64,000 nt of DNA from Candidatus Omnitrophota bacterium (GTDB lineage: Bacteria; Omnitrophota; Omnitrophia; Omnitrophales; Aquincolibacteriaceae): contig JBAYVF010000004.1 in NCBI GenBank assembly GCA_041674705.1, positions 38,516 to 102,515 on the forward strand, in the 5' to 3' direction. The notes below the pieces were generated by a model. It saw only the letters and a program-made list of their open reading frames with translations. It was not told the DNA's origin and did no database searches. The translations under genes and the position numbers were made by a program. Below are positions 23,564-31,715 of the stretch, piece after piece (position 1 is the first letter of the stretch; each line of letters starts with the position of its first letter).

Positions 23564-24520
23564 ATGGGCAACCACATTGATTCATTGATCCAAGCGGAAA
23601 TGAAACAAGAGATGGCGGCATCTGCCTCCCGCTCTAAAAGAAAAAAACCGACGAAAGTCGTGACCGAGCTTAAGGAAAAGTCGCCCCTGAAGCGTAGATT
23701 GCAGCGTGCGGTGCTTTTTATAGCCCTGTTTATCGGTGCCGTGAGCATGGCGGCGCCTTTTCTCTGGATGGTCTCGACTTCGCTGGCGGAAGCGGGGCAG
23801 GTGTTTGCCGAAAATCGTCCGTGGTGGCAGGAATGGCTCCCGACCAGTTTTGTCTGGCAGAATTATGTGAAGGTCTGGTCCGTCGTTCCGTTCGCGCAAT
23901 TTTATCTGAATTCTATTTTTGTGAGTCTTTGCATTACGTTCGGGCAAGTCGCCACGAGCGCGATGGCCGCGTACGCGTTTGCGCGTCTGAGTTTTCCGGG
24001 CCGTGACAGGATCTTTTTTGGTTATCTCGCGACCATGATGATCCCAGGCGCGGTGACCATGATCCCGGTCTTTATCCTGCTCCGGCATTTTGGATGGATC
24101 GATACGTATAAGGCGCTGATCCTCCCGGGGATCTTTACGGCTTACGGGACGTTCATGTTACGGCAATTCTTTTTGACGCTGCCGAAGGATCTGGAAGATG
24201 CCGCGAAGATCGACGGGTGTTCGTATGTCCGGATCTTCTGGCACATCATTCTGCCGCTCTCGAAGCCGGCCTTGGCAACTTTGACGACTTTTACGTTCAT
24301 GGGGTCGTGGATGAATCTGATGTGGCCTTTGATTGTGGTGAATACGCATACGAAATATACGTTGCCGGTCGGATTGGCTTATTTTCAGGGAGTTCACGGC
24401 ACGGATTGGACGCTCCTTATGGCGGCGTCGATGTTGATGATCCTGCCGATCCTGATCGTCTTTTTATTCAATCAACGGTTCTTTGTCGAAGGTATCAAAT
24501 TAACCGGGATTAAAGGCTAA
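23564..24520 (+). CDS. Carbohydrate ABC transporter permease (MalG/UgpE-like)
   Basis: EAA motif region DAAKIDGCSYVRIFWHIILPLSKPAL. 318 aa. Confidence 0.8.
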   Translation: MGNHIDSLIQAEMKQEMAASASRSKRKKPTKVVTELKEKSPLKRRLQRAVLFIALFIGAVSMAAPFLWMVSTSLAEAGQVFAENRPWWQEWLPTSFVWQNYVKVWSVVPFAQFYLNSIFVSLCITFGQVATSAMAAYAFARLSFPGRDRIFFGYLATMMIPGAVTMIPVFILLRHFGWIDTYKALILPGIFTAYGTFMLRQFFLTLPKDLEDAAKIDGCSYVRIFWHIILPLSKPALATLTTFTFMGSWMNLMWPLIVVNTHTKYTLPVGLAYFQGVHGTDWTLLMAASMLMILPILIVFLFNQRFFVEGIKLTGIKG

Positions 24521-24525
24521 TTCCT

Positions 24526-25776
24526 ATGGAAGCGATTGTTCTCGCAGCTGGAAAAGGAACGCGGATGTGTTCGGAATTGCCGAAGGTCCTGCACCCGGTG
24601 TTTGGGAAACCCGTGCTCGGGTATGTGCTTGAAACGTTAGCCGGGGCCGGGATCAAGAATCCTTATGTCGTGGTGGGTTATAAGGCGGATGAAGTCCGTT
24701 CTTTTTCGAGATCGTACGGAGCGATCCCGGTGCTTCAGCGCGAGCAAAAAGGGACCGGTCATGCGGTGATGATGGCCAAGACGGCCTTGAAGCAGGCGCA
24801 GGGGGCTGTGCTGGTCTGGCCGGGCGATATGCCGCTTGTGAAGCCGGAAACACTCGAGAAATTTTTGGCGGCGCATAAAAAATCACGGGCGCATGTCAGC
24901 GTGTTATCCTGTGATCAGGCCGATCCTTCCGGATACGGGCGGATCGTTCGGGACGAAGGGCATTTTGCGGCCATTCGCGAGGAACTGGATGCGACTGCGG
25001 AAGAGCGTAAGATCCGGGAAGTGAATACCGGCATTTATCTTTTTGATAAAAAAGTTTTGTTCGAGGCTTTGGAAAAGATCGGACGGGACAACCAGAAGGG
25101 TGAGTATTATCTCACCGACACCATTGAGATCCTCCGGCGGGAGGGCTATTGTGTGGAAGCGTTTTCACTGGCGAGCGCGGAAGAAGGGCAAGGGATCAAT
25201 TCCCAGAAAGATCTGGCCACCGTGACAAAAAAGATCAATGAGCGGGAGATCGCAAGGCATCAGGAAAAAGGCGTGACGTTCATGGCGCCGGACCAGACGT
25301 TTGTGGCGCCCGGCGTGAAGATCGGCAGAGGCACCACGATCTATCCCTGGTGCTTTATTGAAAGCGATGTGGAGATCGGCGCCCATTGCAGGATCGGGCC
25401 GTTCGCGAAGCTTCGCCACGGTACCGTGATCGGAGAGGATTCGTTGATCGGAAGCTTTGTGGAAGTGAGCCGGAGTTGTCTTGGAAAAAAGGTTTCGGCT
25501 AAACATTTGACTTATTTGGGGAATGCAGTGATCGGGGACGGAACGAATCTCGGGGCCGGGACCATTACTGCGAATTTTGACGGAAAGAAAAAGCATCAGA
25601 CAGTGATCGGTAAAAATGTAATGATCGGTTCCAATACGGTTTTCGTGGCGCCTGTCCGGATCCCGGACGGGGCGAAGACCGGCGCGGGGTCGGTGGTGAT
25701 CCCGAAAATAAAAATTAAAAAAGGTGATGTGGTCGTCGGCGTTCCCGCCCGTCCCGTCACAAAGAAGAAAAGGTAG
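24526..25776 (+). CDS. glmU: Bifunctional GlcNAc-1-P uridylyltransferase / GlcN-1-P acetyltransferase (GlmU-like)
   Basis: N-terminal LAAGKGTRM nucleotidyltransferase domain plus C-terminal left-handed beta-helix hexapeptide repeats. Lies upstream of prs as in the gcaD-prs-ctc-pth cluster. Confidence 0.75.
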   Translation: MEAIVLAAGKGTRMCSELPKVLHPVFGKPVLGYVLETLAGAGIKNPYVVVGYKADEVRSFSRSYGAIPVLQREQKGTGHAVMMAKTALKQAQGAVLVWPGDMPLVKPETLEKFLAAHKKSRAHVSVLSCDQADPSGYGRIVRDEGHFAAIREELDATAEERKIREVNTGIYLFDKKVLFEALEKIGRDNQKGEYYLTDTIEILRREGYCVEAFSLASAEEGQGINSQKDLATVTKKINEREIARHQEKGVTFMAPDQTFVAPGVKIGRGTTIYPWCFIESDVEIGAHCRIGPFAKLRHGTVIGEDSLIGSFVEVSRSCLGKKVSAKHLTYLGNAVIGDGTNLGAGTITANFDGKKKHQTVIGKNVMIGSNTVFVAPVRIPDGAKTGAGSVVIPKIKIKKGDVVVGVPARPVTKKKR

Positions 25777-25785
25777 GGTGCCCTC

Positions 25786-26772
25786 ATGGTGAAGATTGCG
25801 AAACTGAATAAAAAACAGAATGGCGACATGGTTCTTTTAACCGGGAGCTCTCATCCGGAGCTCGCCAAGGAGATCGCAAAGCATCTTGGTATTCCTCTCG
25901 GCGATGTGATGCTCGGCCGCTTTCCGGAAGGGGAGATCCAGCTTCAGATCCGCGATAATATCCGCGGCAAAGATGTTTTTATCGTTCAGCCGACCTGCAC
26001 GCCGCCTAACGAAAGTCTAATGGAACTTTTGATCCTGATCGATGCCGCGCGCCGCGCTTCGGCCAAGCGGATCACGGCGGTACTGCCGTTTTTCGGTTAT
26101 GCCCGTCAGGATCGCAAAGACAAGCCGCGTGTTCCGATCACCGCGAAGCTGGTGGCCAATCTGATCGTAAGCGCCGGCGCGAACCGTGTGCTGGCCATGG
26201 ATCTTCACGCGGGACAGATCCAGGGATTTTTTGATATCCCGGTGGATCACCTCTATTCGATCAACGTGCTGGGGAACTACTTCAAGAAAAAGAAGATCAA
26301 GGATCTCGTGGTGGTTTCGCCTGACGTAGGCGGGATCAAGATGGCGCGAGGATACGCCAAACTTTTTAATTGCGATTTCGCGATCGTGGACAAGCGCCGC
26401 GAGAGCGCGTCCCAGACGCATGTGATGCACATCATCGGTTCCGTGGCCGGGAAAAACGTTGTGATCATCGACGACATGATCTCAACCGGCGGATCGCTGG
26501 TCGAAGCCGCCAAGGCTCTCAAGAAGGCGGGCGCATTGGACATCTATGCTAACATTGTGCACCCTGTTCTGGCCGGGAGCGCCGTTTCGAGGATCCGGGA
26601 TTCCGTGATCAAGGAACTTATCGTGACGAACAGTATCCCCTTAGGCAAGGAAAAGCGGATCAAGAAGATCACGCAGCTTTCGATCGCTTCGCTTTTGGCG
26701 GACGCGATCTGCCGGATCCATTACAACGAATCGATCAGCACACTTTTTTCAAGCGCAGGAGTAGAAGCATAA
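25786..26772 (+). CDS. prs: Ribose-phosphate pyrophosphokinase
   Basis: PRPP synthetase motifs (FPDGE, DLHA.QIQGFF, VVIIDDMISTGGS). Confidence 0.9.
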   Translation: MVKIAKLNKKQNGDMVLLTGSSHPELAKEIAKHLGIPLGDVMLGRFPEGEIQLQIRDNIRGKDVFIVQPTCTPPNESLMELLILIDAARRASAKRITAVLPFFGYARQDRKDKPRVPITAKLVANLIVSAGANRVLAMDLHAGQIQGFFDIPVDHLYSINVLGNYFKKKKIKDLVVVSPDVGGIKMARGYAKLFNCDFAIVDKRRESASQTHVMHIIGSVAGKNVVIIDDMISTGGSLVEAAKALKKAGALDIYANIVHPVLAGSAVSRIRDSVIKELIVTNSIPLGKEKRIKKITQLSIASLLADAICRIHYNESISTLFSSAGVEA

Positions 26773-26831
26773 ACCGAGCAAGAGGGAAGCCACTTCCGTC
26801 TTAATCACAGGACATCAAGGAGGAATTTTCA

Positions 26832-27578
26832 ATGCAAACTTTTGAACTGAAAGCCAAGGCACGTACCGCGGATGGAACCAGTAAAGCACGCGCGGTCCGT
26901 CGTAACGAAATGTTTCCCGCCGTGGTCTATGGCCATGGGATGAAACCGCTCGCGATCGAAGTGCCGGATAAGGCCTTCTTAAAGGCGATTCATACCAAGG
27001 CCGGCGCCAACGTCCTGATCACGCTTCAGATCGAAGGCGTGAAGCTGAAGGAATCGACCTGCCGTGTCAAAGCGATCCAGAATAATCCCGTCACCGACAA
27101 GATCGATCATATTGATTTTATGGTCATTTCGCTCACCGAAAAGATCACGGTGAAGGTGCCGGTAGTTCTTCTCCATATTGAAGAGGCGCCCGGCGTCAAG
27201 GAAAACGGATCCCTTGACCTGGTGCATCGCGAGATCGAGGTGGAGTGTTTGCCGACTCAGATCCCGGAAAAGATCGAGATCGAAACGAAGACGATGAAGA
27301 TTAACGACGCGGTCCACGTCAAGGACTTGATACTGCCCCATGGGATCAAATGCCTGCTTTCACCCGAGGATGTTGTGCTCGCGATCCATCCTCCTCGTGA
27401 AGAGGAAGTGAAGCCTGTTGAAGAGGGTGCCGTGGAGCCTGAGGTCATGGAAAAGGGCAAGAAGGATAAGGAAGGCGAAGAAGGTGCTCCCGCGAAGGCC
27501 GCGGCGCCTGCCGGAGCCAAACCTGCCGCACCTGCCGCGGGAAAACCTGCCGCAGCCCCCGCCAAAGAAGGAAAGTAA
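26832..27578 (+). CDS. rplY: 50S ribosomal protein L25 / general stress protein Ctc, with A/P/K-rich C-terminal tail
   Basis: L25/Ctc N-terminal and beta-barrel domains. C-terminal AKAAAPAGAKPAAPAAGKPAAAPAKEGK. Confidence 0.85.
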   Translation: MQTFELKAKARTADGTSKARAVRRNEMFPAVVYGHGMKPLAIEVPDKAFLKAIHTKAGANVLITLQIEGVKLKESTCRVKAIQNNPVTDKIDHIDFMVISLTEKITVKVPVVLLHIEEAPGVKENGSLDLVHREIEVECLPTQIPEKIEIETKTMKINDAVHVKDLILPHGIKCLLSPEDVVLAIHPPREEEVKPVEEGAVEPEVMEKGKKDKEGEEGAPAKAAAPAGAKPAAPAAGKPAAAPAKEGK

Positions 27579-27717
27579 CGACGGTCCCAATGCTTATCAA
27601 TTTCAGCGGATCTGAAATTGGGGCCGTCCTGACGGCCATTGATGAAAAGAAAATAAAAGTCAGGACGGATTTCCCGGGAGTCGCGCAAGCGTCCCCGGGA
27701 GGATCCTGAGGGCTCTG

Positions 27718-28299
27718 ATGAAACTCATCGTTGGGCTTGGGAATCCCGGAGACGAATACGCCCGCACGCGGCACAATATCGGCCGCCGGCTCATGGAGTT
27801 CATCGCTGAAGATGAGAAAGTAAAGCTCGCTTCCAAAAAGTCCCAGAAAGCGGCTCTGGCTTCGGTGTTGTGGAATCAAGAGGCCGTTCACCTGGCGCAT
27901 CCGCTCACCTATATGAATCTTTCCGGCGAAGCGATCGCGGCGCTTGTAAAATATTGGAAGGTCGCGGCGGACAAAGATCTTTTAGTCGTAGTCGATGATG
28001 TCGCGTTGCCTTTTGGAAAATTCCGTTTGCGGGGCGAGGGAAGTTCGGGCGGGCATAATGGCCTTGCCTCGATCGAAGAACATCTTGGGAGCCGTGCCTA
28101 TCCGAGGCTTAGGATCGGGATCGGTCCTTGCGAGAAAGGAACGGACGAGTCGCTTCGGGATTATGTGCTTTCTCCCTTTAAGGTCTTAGAAGAAAAGAAA
28201 ATGAAAACGCTTCTTGGGGCCGGGGCGGAAGCGTGCCGGGCCTGGGCGTTAGAGCCCCTGGCGAAGGCGATGAATCGGGTCAATGCTGTCACGTTGTGA
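27718..28299 (+). CDS. pth: Peptidyl-tRNA hydrolase
   Basis: MKLIVGLGNPG..Y..TRHNIG signature. Confidence 0.9.
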   Translation: MKLIVGLGNPGDEYARTRHNIGRRLMEFIAEDEKVKLASKKSQKAALASVLWNQEAVHLAHPLTYMNLSGEAIAALVKYWKVAADKDLLVVVDDVALPFGKFRLRGEGSSGGHNGLASIEEHLGSRAYPRLRIGIGPCEKGTDESLRDYVLSPFKVLEEKKMKTLLGAGAEACRAWALEPLAKAMNRVNAVTL

Positions 28300-28482
28300 A
28301 GGGCAGATGAGCTTTCCTATTAAATGAGAATCAGGGTTGCTCAAGCAGGGCATTTATGTTACATTGTCTTTCCTTTTAGCCTTTTCAAAGGCCTAAAAAC
28401 TTCATAACTGCTTCTGTAGCTTCTGTTTATGAAACTTACGGGAAGAGTTATCATTTTAATAATCTAGACGCCGAGGGAGTGT

Positions 28483-28824
28483 GTGATGAAAAAATACGAA
28501 GGTTTGTTTATTTTTCCGCCGGAGATCACAGGGGAGAGCCATAAAGACCCTGCCGCGGAGGTTGTGAAGTGGATCGAAAAGTTCCAGGGGAAAGTCATTC
28601 AGAAGACCGATCTCGGGAAAAAGCCGCTCGGCCATATGATCCGCAAATACAAAGACGGCCGGACGTTTGTTTTTGAATTCGAAATGGATCCGTCCCGGGC
28701 CCAGGATTTCCGCAAGGAACTGGAGCTTCAGGAAAATCTTTTAAGATACATGGTGAGCATCCCCGCGAAGAAGCCCGCATTGCCGCCTCTTCCGGTCGCT
28801 CCTGTCGCAACATCCAAAGCATAA
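28483..28824 (+). CDS. rpsF: 30S ribosomal protein S6
   Basis: YEGLFIFPPE...G...DLGKKPLGHMIRK. Followed by ssb-rpsR-rplI. Confidence 0.85.
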   Translation: MMKKYEGLFIFPPEITGESHKDPAAEVVKWIEKFQGKVIQKTDLGKKPLGHMIRKYKDGRTFVFEFEMDPSRAQDFRKELELQENLLRYMVSIPAKKPALPPLPVAPVATSKA

Positions 28825-28855
28825 TCAACCCAACACAAAAAATATCGGGTGACCT

Positions 28856-29341
28856 ATGGCCGTAAGTTTGAATAAAGTGATGTTGATCGGAAATCTCACG
28901 AGGGATCCGGAGCTTCGTTATATTCCTTCGGGACAGGCCGTGACGACGTTCACGATCGCCGTCAACCGCGCGTTCAATTCCAAGGCGGGAGAAAAAAAAG
29001 AAGAAGTCGCCTTTATCCGCATCGTTGCTTGGGCGCGTCTCGCCGAGATCTGCAATGAGTACCTGAAAAAAGGCCGCCCCGTTTTTGTCGAAGGAAGGAT
29101 CCAGACCCGAAGTTGGGATGGCCCGGATGGTACCAAACGGTATTCCACGGAAGTGGTTGCCGACAATGTCCAGTTCCTCGGATCAAAGCCCGGAAGCGGG
29201 AAGGGCGAGAGCTCGGATGTACCGACGATGGACGTGGACGATAGTATTTTTGAAGCCCCGGAGGGCGGCATGCCTTCCAAAAAGGATTCCGTCTCCCTTT
29301 CAAAGGACGAACTTAAACCCGACGAAGAAATTCCATTCTAA
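28856..29341 (+). CDS. ssb: Single-stranded DNA-binding protein
   Basis: OB fold with NKVMLIGNLTRDPELRY and an acidic C-terminal tip (DEEIPF). Confidence 0.9.
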   Translation: MAVSLNKVMLIGNLTRDPELRYIPSGQAVTTFTIAVNRAFNSKAGEKKEEVAFIRIVAWARLAEICNEYLKKGRPVFVEGRIQTRSWDGPDGTKRYSTEVVADNVQFLGSKPGSGKGESSDVPTMDVDDSIFEAPEGGMPSKKDSVSLSKDELKPDEEIPF

Positions 29342-29438
29342 TCCTGCGTTACGGGTAATTTTATGGGTTTGCAGTATTTGTACCGTTAACCCGTAAAAAA
29401 AATAATAAACGGTGCTAAATCAGCCAGGTGTAAAAAAT

Positions 29439-29756
29439 ATGAAACCGAGATCTTCGAAGTTTGGAAAGTTTGAAAAGAAAAAACCATTTGATAAGAACGC
29501 CCGCGGTCCCAAAAAGGGCGAAAAGGGTTACGGCTCACCGAGTCGGGCTCCTTCCCGGCCCGTGCGCAAACGTATGCGTCGCGTGTTGCCCCAGATGGAT
29601 TACAAGGATGTGGACGCTCTCGGCAAATACATCACCGAAAAAGGCAAGATCCTGCCGCGTCGTATCACGCGTTTGAGCTCGAAAGACCAGCGGACGCTCA
29701 CGCGTCTCATTAAGAAGTCGCGTCACTCCGGGCTTCTGGCGTTCCAGGCGAATTAA
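29439..29756 (+). CDS. rpsR: 30S ribosomal protein S18, with Lys-rich N-terminal extension
   Basis: Conserved core [47 protein letters not shown]. Start chosen at ATG 29439 (GGTG Shine-Dalgarno). 29412 is the alternative. Confidence 0.8.
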   Translation: MKPRSSKFGKFEKKKPFDKNARGPKKGEKGYGSPSRAPSRPVRKRMRRVLPQMDYKDVDALGKYITEKGKILPRRITRLSSKDQRTLTRLIKKSRHSGLLAFQAN

Positions 29757-29797
29757 TCGCCGGGACCATTTTAAAAAAGAAAAAGAGGAATTGATCC

Positions 29798-30253
29798 ATG
29801 GAATTATTGCTTTTAAAAAATGTGACAGATGTTGGCAAAAAAGGCGATGTCGTACGCGTCCGTGACGGGTTCGCAAGAAATTTCCTGATGCCTCAGGATC
29901 TCGCGATCCCGGCAACCCGTGCGAACAAGCAGTTCTTTGCGGAAAAGCGCGCCCGTAACGTTGTGCGCAAGGCCAAAGAAAAAGAAATCGCCGAAAAACG
30001 AGCTAAAGAGATGAAGGATCTTACGATCACCCTCGAAGTCCGCGCAGGCGAAGGGGACAAGCTTTACGGCTCCGTGACCGCCGAGGACCTTCGTGTGGCG
30101 CTTGAAAAACAAGGACACAGTTTTGAAAAAAAGCAGGTCCGGATCAAGGACGCTTTGAAGACCCTGGGTACGCATCAGGTGGATCTCGAGATCTACCCGC
30201 AGGTCAAGACACGTCTGACGGTTGAGCTCGTCCGCGGCCCTGATTCTCATTAA
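29798..30253 (+). CDS. rplI: 50S ribosomal protein L9
   Basis: MELLLLKNVTDVGKKGDVVRVRDGFARNFLMPQ is the canonical L9 N-terminus. Confidence 0.9.
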   Translation: MELLLLKNVTDVGKKGDVVRVRDGFARNFLMPQDLAIPATRANKQFFAEKRARNVVRKAKEKEIAEKRAKEMKDLTITLEVRAGEGDKLYGSVTAEDLRVALEKQGHSFEKKQVRIKDALKTLGTHQVDLEIYPQVKTRLTVELVRGPDSH

Positions 30254-30350
30254 TTTTAATATCAACGGGTAATCAGGACAGTCCGATTCAGCGTTTTTGA
30301 AAAGAAGATAGGGAATTGGACGACCGTCTTAACCTCTCTAGAGGTCATTT

Positions 30351-31715
30351 GTGGCTGAATTGAAGACAACGGTCAATCTTTACGAAAAACTTCCGCCCCA
30401 GAATCGCGAAGCTGAAATGAGCGTTCTGGGCGCAATGTTTTTTGACGAGATCGCGCTCGCCAAAGCCATTGAAGTTCTTACCCCCGATTTTTTCTACGAT
30501 CAGCGTCATCAAAACATCTTCACGGCGATGACGGCCCTCTTTTCCAAGAATCACCCCGTGGATCTCATCACCGTTTCCGAAGAGCTCAAAAAACGCAAGC
30601 AGCTGGAAGACCTGGGCGGGATCAGCTACCTGACGCAACTCACTACGATCGTCCCGACGGCGGCCAATATTGAGCACTATGCCCGCATCGTCAAAGACAA
30701 GGCCCTTCTTCGAAAGCTTATCCAATCCGGAACGCAGATTGTGCAAAACAGTCTTGAGTCCGACGGAAATGCCCGCGAGATGATCGACAGCGCGGAGAAG
30801 ATGATCTTCGACATCGGTCAGTCGCAGATCGAAAATAAGACCGTTCAGATCAAAGACATTATCCATGAGAGCATGGAAACGATCGACCAGCTCTTTCAGC
30901 GCAAGGAGCACATCACCGGGATCGCGACCGGTTTTCATGAATTCGATATGAAGACGGCGGGGCTTCAGCCGTCGGACCTCGTTATCGTCGCCGGACGTCC
31001 TTCCATGGGAAAATCCGCTTTTGCCACCGCGATCTGCGAACATGCGGGCATCAATTTGAAGAAACCGGTCGTTATTTTCTCGCTTGAAATGAGCAAAGAA
31101 CAATTGGTCCAGAGGATGCTCTGTTCCCACGCCCGCGTGGACGCGCAAAAGGTCCGCACAGGATATCTTTCCCATCAGGATTGGCCGAAGCTCACGAACG
31201 CTGCCGGGAAACTTTCTGAGGCGCCGATCTTTATTGATGACACGCCGGGCCAGACCGTGCTCGAGATCCGCGCCAAGGCGCGCCGCCTTAAAATGAAGCA
31301 CGATATTTCGCTGATCGTGATCGACTATTTGCAGCTCATGCAGGGTTCCAAATCCTCCGAGAACCGCCAGCAGGAGATCTCCGAAATTTCCAGGTCCCTC
31401 AAGGCCCTGGCGCGAGAGATCCGGGTTCCCGTGATTGCGGTGAGTCAGCTTTCCCGCGCGGTAGAGTCCAGGACAGGCAATCGTCCGCAGCTTTCCGATC
31501 TTCGCGAGTCAGGCGCCATCGAACAGGACGCGGACGTGGTTGTGTTTCTTTTTCGCGAAGAGTATTATCAGCCTTCTGAAGAGAACAAGAACAAGGCCGA
31601 AGCGATCATCGCCAAACAACGTAATGGGCCCACGGGTGTGATTCCGCTCGTGTTTCTCAAAGAATGGACGCGTTTCGATAATCCCGAATTTTTTAGATCC
31701 GAGGAATCCGCATGA
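30351..31715 (+). CDS. dnaB: Replicative DNA helicase
   Basis: Walker A GRPSMGKSAF, the DnaB N-terminal domain, and downstream H2-H4 motifs. GTG start with GAGGT Shine-Dalgarno. Confidence 0.95.
   Translation: MAELKTTVNLYEKLPPQNREAEMSVLGAMFFDEIALAKAIEVLTPDFFYDQRHQNIFTAMTALFSKNHPVDLITVSEELKKRKQLEDLGGISYLTQLTTIVPTAANIEHYARIVKDKALLRKLIQSGTQIVQNSLESDGNAREMIDSAEKMIFDIGQSQIENKTVQIKDIIHESMETIDQLFQRKEHITGIATGFHEFDMKTAGLQPSDLVIVAGRPSMGKSAFATAICEHAGINLKKPVVIFSLEMSKEQLVQRMLCSHARVDAQKVRTGYLSHQDWPKLTNAAGKLSEAPIFIDDTPGQTVLEIRAKARRLKMKHDISLIVIDYLQLMQGSKSSENRQQEISEISRSLKALAREIRVPVIAVSQLSRAVESRTGNRPQLSDLRESGAIEQDADVVVFLFREEYYQPSEENKNKAEAIIAKQRNGPTGVIPLVFLKEWTRFDNPEFFRSEESA

Noticed and set aside
30345-31301. 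318-aa minus-strand ORF
   Set aside because: It is fully antisense to dnaB, which is strongly supported. The product has no domain and an Arg/Leu-rich composition.
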